In this document: in pieces, positions 36,799 through 47,338 of the stretch
Layout: the number at the start of each line of letters is the position of its first letter
How positions within the stretch are numbered: the stretch's first letter is position 1
Source of the DNA: Gammaproteobacteria bacterium
GTDB taxonomy: Bacteria > Pseudomonadota > Gammaproteobacteria > Eutrophobiales > Eutrophobiaceae
Length of the DNA stretch: 64,000 bases
Assembly (NCBI GenBank): GCA_965116495.1
Contig: OZ220696.1
Location: 2,048,001 to 2,112,000 of the forward strand
Reading direction: 5' to 3'
Notes under the pieces: generated by a model
What the model saw: the letters and a program-made list of their open reading frames with translations, nothing else
The model's database searches: none
Told to the model about the DNA's origin: nothing
Translations under genes and position numbers: made by a program

Positions 36799-38658
36799 AT
36801 GAACCGTTATTCTCTCTGGAAATACCTGTTTATCAGCGCCATTATTGCGGTCGGTTGCCTGTACGCGTTACCCAATCTTTACGGCAAGGACCCGGCCCTG
36901 CAGGTCTCTGCAGCGCGGGGAGCCGAGATCAGCGAGTTGACCCGGTATTCCGTTGAAGATGCCCTCGACAAGGCGGGCATAAAATACGGCGCGATAAGCC
37001 TGGGTGCAGGGAACCTTGTGGTCAGGTTCCAGGATGAAGGAACCCAGCTCAAGGCCCAGGACATAGTGAAGGAAGCGCTGGGCCGTTCCTATACCGTGGC
37101 CCTGAACCTGGCGCCGGCAACGCCGGGCTGGTTGCAGACGTTCGGCGCCGAACCCATGTTCCTTGGCCTGGACCTGCGCGGCGGCGTACATTTCCTGATG
37201 CAAGTTGACATGGAGGCAGCGGTTGCCAAGGCGGAGGAACGTTACGTCTCGGACATCAGGACGCAACTGCGGGATAACCGGATCCGCTATAAAACCATAA
37301 CCCGGCGCAGGGATGGCGGATTATTGATCAGGTTCCGCGGCGCCGACCAGCTCTCGCAGGGCATCACCGAGATAGAGGATAATTTTCCCGACCTGGAACT
37401 TGAACAAACCCAGGCGGACGGCGACGAATTTCCCCTGACAGCAAGGTTGAGTGAGAGTGCCGTGACAGAGACCCGGCGCCTGGCCCTGCAACAGAACATC
37501 ACCACCTTGCGCAAACGGGTCAACGAACTGGGCGTGGCCGAACCGGTCATCCAGCAACAGGGGCTGGAGCGGGTGGTCGTGCAACTTCCGGGTGTACAGG
37601 ATACCGCCAGGGCAAAAACCATCCTGGGCGCTACCGCAACCCTGGAATTCCGCATGTCCGACGAGGAACATGCCGTACAGGATGCCCTGGACGGCCGGGT
37701 ACCGGCCGGTTCACGGCTCTATTATGAACGCGGCGGCAACCCGGTCCTGTTGAAGAAACAGGTTATGCTGACCGGCGACTATATCATCGACGCCGCGGCC
37801 GGTTTCGATTCCGTCTCCGGCAGCCCCAACGTCTCCATCACCCTGGACGGCAAGGGCGCAAAGCGGTTCAGTGATGCCACCGCCGAGGAAGTCGGCCGGA
37901 ATATGGCCGTTGTGTTTATCGAGAACAAGACGGAGACTGTCGAAAGAGACGGTGAAAGGGTGAAACGCAAGGAAACCATAGAAGAAGTGATCAACGTGGC
38001 TACAATCCGCGAGCAACTGGGTAAGCGCTTTCAAATCACCGGTCTTGATTCCACCGAGGAATCCCGCAACCTGGCCCTGCTGCTCCGGGCCGGCGCCCTG
38101 GCGGCGCCCATCGAGATCATTGAAGAACGTACCGTAGGTCCCAGTCTCGGCCAGGACAATATCGACAAGGGCTTCATGTCGGTCAAGATCGGATTTATCC
38201 TGGTGCTGATTTTCATGGCTTTCTGGTACAAGGCCTTCGGCCTGGCTGCCGACGTGGCCCTGGCGCTGAACCTGGTGTTGATCGTCGCCCTGCTGTCGAT
38301 GCTGCAGGCAACCCTGACCCTGCCGGGTATCGCCGGCATTGTACTGACCGTGGGCATGGCGGTGGACGCCAACGTGCTCATCTTCCAGCGTATCCGCGAG
38401 GAGATCAGGAACGGCAATTCACCCCAGGCCAGTATCCATGCCGGTTATGAAAAGGCGTTTAAGACCATTGCCGATGCCAATATCACAACCTTGTTTGCCG
38501 CCATCGTACTGTTCAGTTTCGGCACCGGGCCGATCAAGGGGTTTGCGGTAACCCTGTCCCTGGGGATAGTCTGCTCCATGTTTACCGCGATCATGGTAAC
38601 CCGGGGCATCGTAAACCTGGTATACGGCGGCAAGAAGCTACGGCGGCTCGTTATCTGA
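36799..38658 (+). CDS. secD: Protein translocase subunit SecD
   Basis: LGLDLRGG, ERTVGPSLG and GMAVDANVLI motifs. Confidence 0.98.
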   Translation: MNRYSLWKYLFISAIIAVGCLYALPNLYGKDPALQVSAARGAEISELTRYSVEDALDKAGIKYGAISLGAGNLVVRFQDEGTQLKAQDIVKEALGRSYTVALNLAPATPGWLQTFGAEPMFLGLDLRGGVHFLMQVDMEAAVAKAEERYVSDIRTQLRDNRIRYKTITRRRDGGLLIRFRGADQLSQGITEIEDNFPDLELEQTQADGDEFPLTARLSESAVTETRRLALQQNITTLRKRVNELGVAEPVIQQQGLERVVVQLPGVQDTARAKTILGATATLEFRMSDEEHAVQDALDGRVPAGSRLYYERGGNPVLLKKQVMLTGDYIIDAAAGFDSVSGSPNVSITLDGKGAKRFSDATAEEVGRNMAVVFIENKTETVERDGERVKRKETIEEVINVATIREQLGKRFQITGLDSTEESRNLALLLRAGALAAPIEIIEERTVGPSLGQDNIDKGFMSVKIGFILVLIFMAFWYKAFGLAADVALALNLVLIVALLSMLQATLTLPGIAGIVLTVGMAVDANVLIFQRIREEIRNGNSPQASIHAGYEKAFKTIADANITTLFAAIVLFSFGTGPIKGFAVTLSLGIVCSMFTAIMVTRGIVNLVYGGKKLRRLVI

Positions 38659-38680
38659 CTGACTGTCCCGGTACTGTCCC

Positions 38681-39595
38681 ATGCAAAACTCGACGCAAAG
38701 ATTCAATTTCGACTTTATGGGTAAACGCAAAACTGCGGTTATCTTCTCGGCCCTGCTCCTGAGTGTTTCCCTTGTCTCCCTGTTCACCCAGAAACTCAAT
38801 TTCGGCATCGATTTTACCGGCGGCACCCTGGTTGAAGCCGGTTACCAGGAAACCGTTGAACTTGACCAGGTCAGGAATGTACTGTCCGCCACCGAGTTCA
38901 GCGATGCGGTCGTCCAGTATTTCGGTTCCGCCAGGGACATACTGATACGGGTTGCCCAGGTACAGGGCAGGAACAGCGCGGATATCAGCAACGAGATTAT
39001 CAAGGTCCTGGAACAGTCCGGCCAATCCGTCGAGATCCGCCGGGTGGAATTCGTCGGTCCCCAGGTAGGTGAAGACCTGCAGGAAGACGGCGGGCTGGCG
39101 ATGATCTATGCGCTGATCATGATATTTATTTATATCGCATTCCGCTTCCAGCGCCTGTTCTCCGTCGGCGCCATCGCCGCGCTGGTGCACGATGTCACCA
39201 TCACCATCGGTTTCTTTTCCGTTCTGCAACTGGATTTTGATTTAACCGTCCTGGCTGCGCTGCTGGCGGTTATCGGCTATTCACTCAACGACACCATCGT
39301 CGTGTTTGACCGGATCCGGGAAAATTTCCGCCGCATGCGCAAGGTATCACCGGTCGAGGTGGTCAATGCGTCATTGAACCAGACCCTGAGCCGTACCCTG
39401 ATGACGTCCCTGACAACCCTGCTGGTATTAACCGCCCTGTTCTTCCTGGGGGGCGAGATCATCCGGCCGTTCTCCGCCGCATTGATTGTCGGGGTCATCA
39501 TAGGGACTTATTCTTCCATCTACGTTGCCAGCCCGGTCACCCTGGCGCTGGGAATCAGCAAACAGGACTTGATGCCGGTCGAGAAAGAAGAGTAA
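38681..39595 (+). CDS. secF: Protein translocase subunit SecF
   Basis: GIDFTGG and GYSLNDTIVVFDRIRE motifs. Confidence 0.98.
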   Translation: MQNSTQRFNFDFMGKRKTAVIFSALLLSVSLVSLFTQKLNFGIDFTGGTLVEAGYQETVELDQVRNVLSATEFSDAVVQYFGSARDILIRVAQVQGRNSADISNEIIKVLEQSGQSVEIRRVEFVGPQVGEDLQEDGGLAMIYALIMIFIYIAFRFQRLFSVGAIAALVHDVTITIGFFSVLQLDFDLTVLAALLAVIGYSLNDTIVVFDRIRENFRRMRKVSPVEVVNASLNQTLSRTLMTSLTTLLVLTALFFLGGEIIRPFSAALIVGVIIGTYSSIYVASPVTLALGISKQDLMPVEKEE

Positions 39596-39644
39596 CAGAA
39601 TGTAACAGGGGACGGAATTAACCTGCCCGCTGTTACAGCTTGCC

Positions 39645-40868
39645 ATGAAGATAGTCGCTGACAAGGCAATCCCTTACGCCAGGCAGTTTTTTTCAACCGT
39701 TGGCGATGTTACTTTGCTTCACTGCAGCGACATCACTCCCGCATCTGTCAGGGATGCGGATTGCCTGGTCGTCAGGTCCGTTACCCGGGTAGACCGCAAC
39801 TTGCTCAGCGATACACGGATTAAATGCGTTGCCAGCGCCTCGAGTGGAATCGACCACGTGGACCTCGACTGCCTGAACGCCCGGGCTATTCCCTTGTTTG
39901 ATGCAAAAGGCTGTAACGCGAACGCAGTTGCCGAATACGTATTGAGCTGCCTGTTCGTGTTGTCGGAACAATACGGCCTGGAACCGGAAGGCAAAACGGT
40001 TGGTATTATCGGTTGCGGTCATGTGGGGGGGCGGCTTCGATACCTGTTGCAGGTCGTCGGAATTGAGACACGGGTTTACGATCCGTTTATCAGGGACGAG
40101 AACGATCGTTTCATATTCCGGGACCTTGATAGCGTATTATCATCGGACATTATTACCCTGCATGTCCCGATGACGATAACGGGCGAGTATCCTACCGCGC
40201 AAATGGTAGACCGGAGTTTTCTGGACAGGTTGAAGCAGGACGTCATATTAATCAACACCGCCAGGGGCGGTATTGTAGATGAGCAGGACCTGATCGATTT
40301 CGCCAGGCGCAATCGGGACAGCCACCTGGTGCTGGACGTATGGAAAAATGAACCTTGCATCAATGATGAGTTATTCGCATTGGCGTCGTTGGCTACTCCC
40401 CATATCGCCGGTTACAGCGCCCAGGCAAGAATGAATGCGACGCGCCTGGTGTATGAGCAGGTTTGCAGATGGTTCGGTGTGAGCGCAACGGCAGATGCCG
40501 TGACAAATCGTCAGGACAGACGATTTGCACGGCCACAGGCCGCCGTAAGGTTGCGCCCAGGGATGGACACAGTGACACTGGCGGATGAAAACGCGGAATT
40601 AAACCTGTCCGGGTTCGACAAGACACTGGATGCCATCGGAGCCGCGGTGCTTGCCTGTTATGACGTGCGCAGTGATTGCGCGGCACTGCAGGGGCTGGCA
40701 GAGATAGAGCCGCATGAACGGGGCGCTTTTTTTGATTCACTGAGAACAGATTATCCGTCCAGGCGGGAATTTCCGGCGTTACGGGTAGCCTTGTCGGATA
40801 ATCAAGGCCTGATCGGTGAGAAACTTTCAGCACTGGAATTCAGCATAAAAACCACGCCAGGGCAATAG
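39645..40868 (+). CDS. pdxB: Erythronate-4-phosphate dehydrogenase, with a probable 24-aa insertion
   Basis: VRSVT, G.DH, GCNANAVAEY, GCGHVG and TPHIAGYS motifs. Confidence 0.92.
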   Translation: MKIVADKAIPYARQFFSTVGDVTLLHCSDITPASVRDADCLVVRSVTRVDRNLLSDTRIKCVASASSGIDHVDLDCLNARAIPLFDAKGCNANAVAEYVLSCLFVLSEQYGLEPEGKTVGIIGCGHVGGRLRYLLQVVGIETRVYDPFIRDENDRFIFRDLDSVLSSDIITLHVPMTITGEYPTAQMVDRSFLDRLKQDVILINTARGGIVDEQDLIDFARRNRDSHLVLDVWKNEPCINDELFALASLATPHIAGYSAQARMNATRLVYEQVCRWFGVSATADAVTNRQDRRFARPQAAVRLRPGMDTVTLADENAELNLSGFDKTLDAIGAAVLACYDVRSDCAALQGLAEIEPHERGAFFDSLRTDYPSRREFPALRVALSDNQGLIGEKLSALEFSIKTTPGQ

Positions 40869-40923
40869 AGACAATGGGACCCATCAGCCGGAATAATTCA
40901 CTTCGAATACGAAGTTCGCATCA

Positions 40924-41514
40924 ATGAACCTCGGATTTCTTGCATCCCATAACGGATCGAACATGCAGGCCGTCATCGATGCCTGCCGCTCCGGCAGACT
41001 GAATGCCGACCCCGCAGTCGTCATCAGCAACAACCGGGATTCCGGCGCCCTGGAACGCGCCCGCAATGAAAATATTCCCTGGTTTCACCTGAGCGGCCGT
41101 ACTCACACGGATGCGCAGGACCTGGACAGGGAAGTCGTCGACGTCCTGCTCAACCATGATGTCAACCTGGTGATACTGGCAGGCTACATGAAGAAAATCG
41201 GCCCGGTCACGCTGGCAACTTTCCCGGGGCGTATCATCAACATCCACCCCGGCCTGCTACCCGAATACGGCGGTCAGGGTATGTACGGCCGATTCGTGCA
41301 TGAGGCAGTGATCGCGTCCGGCGATAAAGAAACCGGCGTAACTATCCATGTCGTAGACCCGGTATACGATCACGGTCCGATCCTGGCACAAACCGGGATC
41401 CCCGTAAAACCGGGAGATACCGCAGACAATCTGGCTGAACGCGTGCTAGCCGTTGAGCACGAATTCTACGTGGATACCATAGACCGGATTATCCGCGGCG
41501 AAATCCTGCTCTAA
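40924..41514 (+). CDS. purN: Phosphoribosylglycinamide formyltransferase
   Basis: SHNGSN, LAGYM, NIHP, G.TIH and D.GPI motifs. Confidence 0.93.
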   Translation: MNLGFLASHNGSNMQAVIDACRSGRLNADPAVVISNNRDSGALERARNENIPWFHLSGRTHTDAQDLDREVVDVLLNHDVNLVILAGYMKKIGPVTLATFPGRIINIHPGLLPEYGGQGMYGRFVHEAVIASGDKETGVTIHVVDPVYDHGPILAQTGIPVKPGDTADNLAERVLAVEHEFYVDTIDRIIRGEILL

Positions 41515-41586
41515 TATAACAGTATAGTTATACTTGATATTTATTACTAAACTGTTATAATATATAAATATAACATATTCGTTATA
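41515..41586 (+). promoter_or_regulatory. Three HipB-type operators TATAAC-N6-GTTATA plus promoter
   Basis: Palindromes at 41515, 41542 (imperfect) and 41569, 27-bp period; TTGATA-N16-TATAAT with extended TG. Confidence 0.75.
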
Positions 41587-41656
41587 TTTTAAGACACCCC
41601 TGATTGACTCTCAGAGATTCCTTGAATACTAATCAATCCACAAGCGCGAGAACACC

Positions 41657-41899
41657 ATGATACCTGTTACTTCACCCGAAAATCTGGGAAAAGTCCTTCG
41701 GCATTACAGAAAAAACCGGGGATTGACACAAGTTGAAGCAGGCGGCAAATTCAACCTGCCCCAGAAAACCGTTTCCACGATAGAGGCAGGAACTGCAGGT
41801 ATACGATTGGACACGGTATTTAAATACATGTCGGCGCTTGGCCTGGAAATGCATCTGGAACCCAGGAACAAACCGTCCGATGATGAGGCGCTCTGGTAA
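41657..41899 (+). CDS. hipB: HipB-like antitoxin
   Basis: XRE HTH, C-terminal Trp, TAATG overlap with hipA. Confidence 0.88.
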   Translation: MIPVTSPENLGKVLRHYRKNRGLTQVEAGGKFNLPQKTVSTIEAGTAGIRLDTVFKYMSALGLEMHLEPRNKPSDDEALW

Positions 41900-43191
41900 T
41901 GGCGTCATCCCTGTTCATTTACATGAACGGCCATGAAGTTGGCGAATATATCCAGCGGAGCGGTGGTGTTCACGAACTTGTTTACAACGATTCATGGCTC
42001 GAACTCAGGGGGGCGCTTCCACTCTCCCTTTCTTTACCGCTTACGGACAAGCGACATAAGGGCGACGTGGTATACAACTATTTCGACAATATGTTGCCCG
42101 ATAGCATGGAAATTCGAAATAGAATCCAGGCCAGGTTCGGCGTCAAAACCAACCAGCCTTTCGATTTGCTCTCATGCATCGGTAAGGACTGCGTCGGCGC
42201 CATCCAACTCACAAACGGACGAACACAGATTGATGTAAAGAGAATTGAAGGCATACCTCTGAACGAAAAAGAGATCGCAGAAGAACTCAGAAACTACAAA
42301 GCGCTGCCGTTAGGCATGTCAAAAGACAGGGAATTCAGGATCTCCATTGCCGGTGTCCAGGAAAAAACCGCATTGCTCATGCACAAAGGACAATGGCAAC
42401 GTCCTGTGGGCGCAACGCCTACTACACACATCCTGAAATTACCGATTGGGAGAATTGACCATGCAGGTATCGACCTGTCGGGCAGTACTGAAAATGAGTG
42501 GATATGCCTCGAGATATTAAGGAGCTTCGGCCTGCCTGTTGCTGCCGCTCGTGTTGAGAAGTTCGAAGACATCAAAACGCTTGTGGTGGAGCGTTTTGAT
42601 CGGAAGGTTGCCGATAACAAATCCTGGATCATCCGCCTTCCGATAGAAGACATGTGCCAGGCAAACGGGATTGCGCCTGCCTTGAAATATGAAAATGAAG
42701 GCGGTCCCGGTATTACAAAAATCATGGAGCTACTCAGGTCTTCACTTTATGCGGAAGAAGACCGGTTCCGGTTCATGCAATCCGTCTTCCTGTACTGGTT
42801 GCTTGGCGCTATTGACGGCCATGCAAAAAACTTCAGTATTTTCCTGTACCAGGGCGGACGCTTTGAGCTGACTCCTTTCTACGACGTCATCTCGGCATAC
42901 CCACTCGCTGAGAAGCGCCAGGTTGAATACAGGGACTTGAAAATGGCGTTGGCCCTGCGCAGCAAAAATGTACATTATGCGTGGCATGAAATCATGCCGC
43001 GGCACTGGTTCAGTCATTCGGCAAAAGTCGATTTCCCCAAGGTACAGATGCAACAAATCATAGAGGATATCGCGGACAGGCTGGATTCAGTAATCGACAC
43101 GGCGGCAGCAAACATTCCCGCGGATTTTCCGGCCGGGGTAGCCGAACCGATTTTTGCCGGCATGAGAAGGTGTATGGAACGAATCACCTGA
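41899..43191 (+). CDS. hipA: HipA kinase toxin (E. coli HipA-like)
   Basis: LSLSLP, RISIAGVQEKTAL, TTHILK, ERFDR and DGHAKN motifs. Confidence 0.95.
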   Translation: MASSLFIYMNGHEVGEYIQRSGGVHELVYNDSWLELRGALPLSLSLPLTDKRHKGDVVYNYFDNMLPDSMEIRNRIQARFGVKTNQPFDLLSCIGKDCVGAIQLTNGRTQIDVKRIEGIPLNEKEIAEELRNYKALPLGMSKDREFRISIAGVQEKTALLMHKGQWQRPVGATPTTHILKLPIGRIDHAGIDLSGSTENEWICLEILRSFGLPVAAARVEKFEDIKTLVVERFDRKVADNKSWIIRLPIEDMCQANGIAPALKYENEGGPGITKIMELLRSSLYAEEDRFRFMQSVFLYWLLGAIDGHAKNFSIFLYQGGRFELTPFYDVISAYPLAEKRQVEYRDLKMALALRSKNVHYAWHEIMPRHWFSHSAKVDFPKVQMQQIIEDIADRLDSVIDTAAANIPADFPAGVAEPIFAGMRRCMERIT

Positions 43192-43218
43192 CGGGAGTCG
43201 TAGCCCTCGGCCCCTTTT

Positions 43219-43632
43219 CTATTCGACGGTTATCGTGATCCTCTCTGACATGACGGGAGGTTCATGGGGGATATGGGCGAAATCACCCAGCAGGAGTTGC
43301 AGGGTGCGGACACCGGGAGGGAGGTCCAGGGTGGCTTCGGTCTGCCCCTTGCCGAAGTGGAGGTGATTCTCATCGTTGATGATCGGCAGGTTCAGGGGTG
43401 GTACATCGATATCCACCAGCAGATGATGATGGCCCGTATCATTGTACTTGATACCCGCGGGCGCGACTCCCATGTTGTTCAGGCCAAAACGGACGGTGAT
43501 CGGGTTTGACAACGTCGCCCCGTCAACAGGCGAGATGAAATAAAGTTCTGCATTTTCCGCCGCCGGCGTTCTCTCCTGGGCATAACCGGGAAGCGTGCAA
43601 AGTGCCAGGATAAGGATAATCAGTCTATACAT
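43219..43632 (-). CDS. DUF4399 exported protein
   Basis: Signal peptide; GVAPAG, TGHHHLL and HFGKGQTE motifs. Confidence 0.85.
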   Translation of the reverse strand: MYRLIILILALCTLPGYAQERTPAAENAELYFISPVDGATLSNPITVRFGLNNMGVAPAGIKYNDTGHHHLLVDIDVPPLNLPIINDENHLHFGKGQTEATLDLPPGVRTLQLLLGDFAHIPHEPPVMSERITITVE

Positions 43633-43805
43633 TTGCGTACCTCTTCAACACTGAGTTCCCGGCAAGTTTATCACAAGGCAGAGATAAATTCGGTAATGCG
43701 AACGCAGATGTATCTTTTGCCATATCAAGATCAATTTATTAACATATTCCAATAATCAGAAATTTTTAGTTTTTAATTCCTGATTATCACTTCATAACTA
43801 AAATA

Positions 43806-46304
43806 ATGTTGGTTAATCAGATAACAGCAATTTACGACCGGTATATCCTGGGGCGGCCCGGGCTGGTGCTGCTGGCGCTCCTCGCCGTATTTGCTTTCTT
43901 TGCCTGGCATTCCAGGGATTTCAAACTGGATGCCTCCACCGATACACTTATACTGGAAAGCGACAAGGACCTGCGCATACTGCGCCAGGTGAACAAACGA
44001 TACGAAACACGGGAGTTCCTGGTCGTGACGTTCACGCCCGACGCGGACCTGTTTTCAGTATCGTCGCTGGAAACGGTTCTTCAATTGCGTGAGGATTTGA
44101 AACAGGTACCGGGCGTCGCATCGGTGTTCTCCCTGGTCGATGCCCCGCTGGTCAAGATCGTCGGCGGAAAACTGGCCGAGGTAGCAACGAATTATCGTAC
44201 CCTTGAGGATCCGGCTGTAGACCGAGCCCGGGCCCGGGAAGAACTGTTGGCCAGCCCGGTATTCCTCGACCTGCTCATCAGCCAGGATGCCAGCACAACG
44301 GCGCTGCAGGTCAACCTGAAAAACAAGGTGATCTTTACCGATGCACAGAAAAGGAAAAATGAACTGCTGATCAAGCAGGACGGCGAGGGACTGACTGAAG
44401 CGGAACAGCAGGAACTGGCAGATACCTTGGAACAGTATGATGAGATCAAGGAAGAGGTCAACCGGATCAATCACGAGACCGTGGCGGCAACCCGTGCGGT
44501 GATGGACCGGTACCGGGACCGGGGGACTCTCTACCTGGGCGGCATTCCCATGATCGCGGATGACATGATCACGTTCATCAAGAACGACCTGCTGGTGTTC
44601 GGCGCCGGCGTGTTTGCCTTCCTGGTGATTATGTTGTCGATCATTTTCCGTCAACCCCGTTTTGTCCTGCTGCCGCTGTGCAGTTGTGTATTCGCAGTGG
44701 TCATCATGATGGGCCTGCTGGGCCTCACCGGCTGGCCGGTCACGGTCATATCGTCCAATTTCATTTCCCTGATGCTCATCCTTACCATGTCGATGAACGT
44801 ACACCTGATCGTGCGTTACCGGCAACTCAGCCGTGACTTTGCCGGGCAAAACCAGATCGAACTGGTTTCCAATACCGTCCGGCGCATGGTCTGGCCCTGC
44901 CTGTATACCGCGCTGACCACCATGATCGGGTTCGGCTCCCTGGTAGTCAGCGATATCAAGCCCGTGATCGATTTCGGCTGGATGATGACCCTGGGACTCA
45001 GCGTTACCTTCATGACATCCTTCCTGTTGTTTCCGACCATACTGATATCCCTTGATAAAAGGATCACCGCCCCGGGGAAGCAGGAAGTACCGTTCACCGC
45101 TTCCCTGGCAAGGATCACCGAAAAATTCGGTAACGCTGTGGTGGTGACCGCGCTGCTGCTGGCCGCGCTCAGCCTTTACGGCGTATCCAGACTCAAGGTC
45201 GAGAACAGCTTCGTCAATTATTTCAGCGACGCTACGGAAATACACCAGGGCCTGAAACTGATCGACAATGAACTTGGCGGTACTGCGCCGATGGACGTCG
45301 TGCTCAAATTCGACCCTGTCAAGGAGTTCGGAGAAGAAGATGAGTTGCTGGAAGGGGATGATGAGTTTGACGACCTGGACAACTTGTTCGGCGGCTTCGA
45401 TGATGAACCCGCAGACCCCGCGGATGGCTGGTTTACCGACTACAAGATCGACCGCATCAAGGCGGTTCACGACTACCTGGACAGCCTGCCGGCAGTAGGC
45501 AAGGTACTGTCGCTGGCTTCGGTCCTGCGCCTGGCCGAAGACCTGAATGAGGGTGAGGAGTTCGACGCCTTCGAACTCGCGGTCATCAACAAAAAATTGC
45601 CCCCGGAAATCAAGGAACAACTGATTGATCCGTATATCTCCATTGCGGACAACGAAGCCCGCATCAATATACGCATCCTTGATTCCCTTCCCGATTTGCG
45701 CCGCAAGCAGTTCCTGGAAAAAATCGACGCGGACCTGCGCACGGAACTGGGCCTGACCGGGGATGAGTTCCAGGTCAGCGGCATGATGGTGTTATACAAC
45801 AACATGCTGCAAAGCCTGTTCACTTCCCAGATCGAAACCCTGGGTGTCGTGATGCTGGGTATTGCCTTGATGCTCCTGGTCCTGTTCCGTTCATTCTCCC
45901 TTGCCCTCATCGGCATCCTGCCGAATATCCTGGCCGCCGGTATCATCCTGGGCCTGATGGGTATCCTGGATATTCCCCTGGATATGATGACGATAACCAT
46001 TGCCGCCATCACTATCGGCATCGCGGTGGACAACAGCATTCATTATATCTACCGCTTTCGCGAGGAATACCCCGGCAAAGCCGACTATGTGGCGACACTC
46101 CATTATTGTCATGCCAACATAGGCCGGGCCGTTTTCTACACGGCGATCACGATCATCATCGGTTTTTCAATCCTGGTGATGTCCAATTTCATACCGACCA
46201 TCTATTTCGGCCTGCTCACCGCCCTGGCCATGTTCATCGCCCTGCTGGCGGCTCTTACCCTGCTGCCGAAACTTATTCTCATATTCCGGCCATTCCGGAA
46301 ATAG
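43806..46304 (+). CDS. MMPL/RND-superfamily transporter
   Basis: Two 1+5 TM repeats with large loops; TTMIGFGSL and GIAVD..IH motifs. Confidence 0.88.
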   Translation: MLVNQITAIYDRYILGRPGLVLLALLAVFAFFAWHSRDFKLDASTDTLILESDKDLRILRQVNKRYETREFLVVTFTPDADLFSVSSLETVLQLREDLKQVPGVASVFSLVDAPLVKIVGGKLAEVATNYRTLEDPAVDRARAREELLASPVFLDLLISQDASTTALQVNLKNKVIFTDAQKRKNELLIKQDGEGLTEAEQQELADTLEQYDEIKEEVNRINHETVAATRAVMDRYRDRGTLYLGGIPMIADDMITFIKNDLLVFGAGVFAFLVIMLSIIFRQPRFVLLPLCSCVFAVVIMMGLLGLTGWPVTVISSNFISLMLILTMSMNVHLIVRYRQLSRDFAGQNQIELVSNTVRRMVWPCLYTALTTMIGFGSLVVSDIKPVIDFGWMMTLGLSVTFMTSFLLFPTILISLDKRITAPGKQEVPFTASLARITEKFGNAVVVTALLLAALSLYGVSRLKVENSFVNYFSDATEIHQGLKLIDNELGGTAPMDVVLKFDPVKEFGEEDELLEGDDEFDDLDNLFGGFDDEPADPADGWFTDYKIDRIKAVHDYLDSLPAVGKVLSLASVLRLAEDLNEGEEFDAFELAVINKKLPPEIKEQLIDPYISIADNEARINIRILDSLPDLRRKQFLEKIDADLRTELGLTGDEFQVSGMMVLYNNMLQSLFTSQIETLGVVMLGIALMLLVLFRSFSLALIGILPNILAAGIILGLMGILDIPLDMMTITIAAITIGIAVDNSIHYIYRFREEYPGKADYVATLHYCHANIGRAVFYTAITIIIGFSILVMSNFIPTIYFGLLTALAMFIALLAALTLLPKLILIFRPFRK

Positions 46305-46374
46305 AGTGGGATATTTGGGAACTTTGCCAAATTAATTCTTTCTCAAATGTCAGGATCAAATTAGAATATGAGGT

Positions 46375-46643
46375 CTAGTACTCTTTCAACTTAATATTGA
46401 CATGTTCAGAGCCACACAGCGACGTCAAGACAAGGCGCAGCCCGCAGAGAATGGCGCGCCCTTCTCAAAGGCTGCAACGCCGTATTGGCGTCGCTGTGTG
46501 GCTCCCTGCGGGCGGGCCGGGAAGCGGTCGCCCGCGGCGTTACACCGCTTGGCAAGGGCGCGCCATTACCTGCGCGGCGTGCCTTGCGCTCAACCGCTTC
46601 CCGACCCGCTGAACATGTCAATATTAAGTTGAAAGAGTACTAG
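46375..46643. mobile_element. MITE with 35-bp perfect terminal inverted repeats
   Basis: ctagtactctttcaacttaatattgacatgttcag (46375-46409) is the reverse complement of 46609-46643; no transposase inside. Confidence 0.88.
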
Positions 46644-46676
46644 TCCCATACTTATTCAATCAGGAGAAATCAAACC

Positions 46677-47309
46677 ATGAAACGGAAAGTTGGCATTTTA
46701 ATGATTTTGCTGTTGCCGGCGTTAGCGATAACTGCGTCCGCGGCTGATGATATAGGCGAGCCGAAAGAGATCATTCTCGCCACGGTCGATGGCGTGATTG
46801 CACGTATCACTGAAGAAAGGGAAAAACTTGATGCGCAACCGGATATAGTCTATGACCTGATAAATGACCTGATCATCCCCGTCTTCGATTTCAACAATAT
46901 GTCGAGATGGATACTGGGCAAGTACTGGAGCCAGGCTACCGAAGAACAACGCACTGTATTCACCGCTGAATTCAAAGCCCTGCTGGTGCGTACCTATGCC
47001 AAGGCGGTGCTGGGATTTACCAACGAGAGAGTCAATTACCTGGAGACCCTGACGGGTTCCAAACCCAATATCGTTATGGTGAAAACCGAGATCGTCTCGG
47101 ACAGCGGTATCACGCCGGTCAATTACACCATGCATATCAGTGACGGCAGCTGGAAGGTGGTAAATGTCGCCTTTGAAGGGATTAGCCTGGTAGAGACATA
47201 CCGGAAATCGTTTGCCTCCGAGATTCGCAACAACGGTCTTGAATCATTGATTCAAAAACTGGTAGACAAAAACGAGAAGCTGGAACAATCGTTGACCGAT
47301 AGTGCATAA
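46677..47309 (+). CDS. mlaC: MlaC/Ttg2D phospholipid-binding protein
   Basis: Signal peptide; FDF..MSR..LG.YW and WKV....EGISLV motifs. Confidence 0.88.
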   Translation: MKRKVGILMILLLPALAITASAADDIGEPKEIILATVDGVIARITEEREKLDAQPDIVYDLINDLIIPVFDFNNMSRWILGKYWSQATEEQRTVFTAEFKALLVRTYAKAVLGFTNERVNYLETLTGSKPNIVMVKTEIVSDSGITPVNYTMHISDGSWKVVNVAFEGISLVETYRKSFASEIRNNGLESLIQKLVDKNEKLEQSLTDSA

Positions 47310-47338
47310 GGTTTATCCGCGCCGAACCGGGGAATTCC

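Noticed and set aside
45330-45420. Acidic low-complexity stretch in the MMPL protein as a repeat insertion
   Set aside because: No DNA palindrome or flanking duplication was seen; it is more simply an acidic loop.
46397-46632. Short ORFs of 71-76 aa
   Set aside because: They lie wholly inside the MITE and have no protein features.
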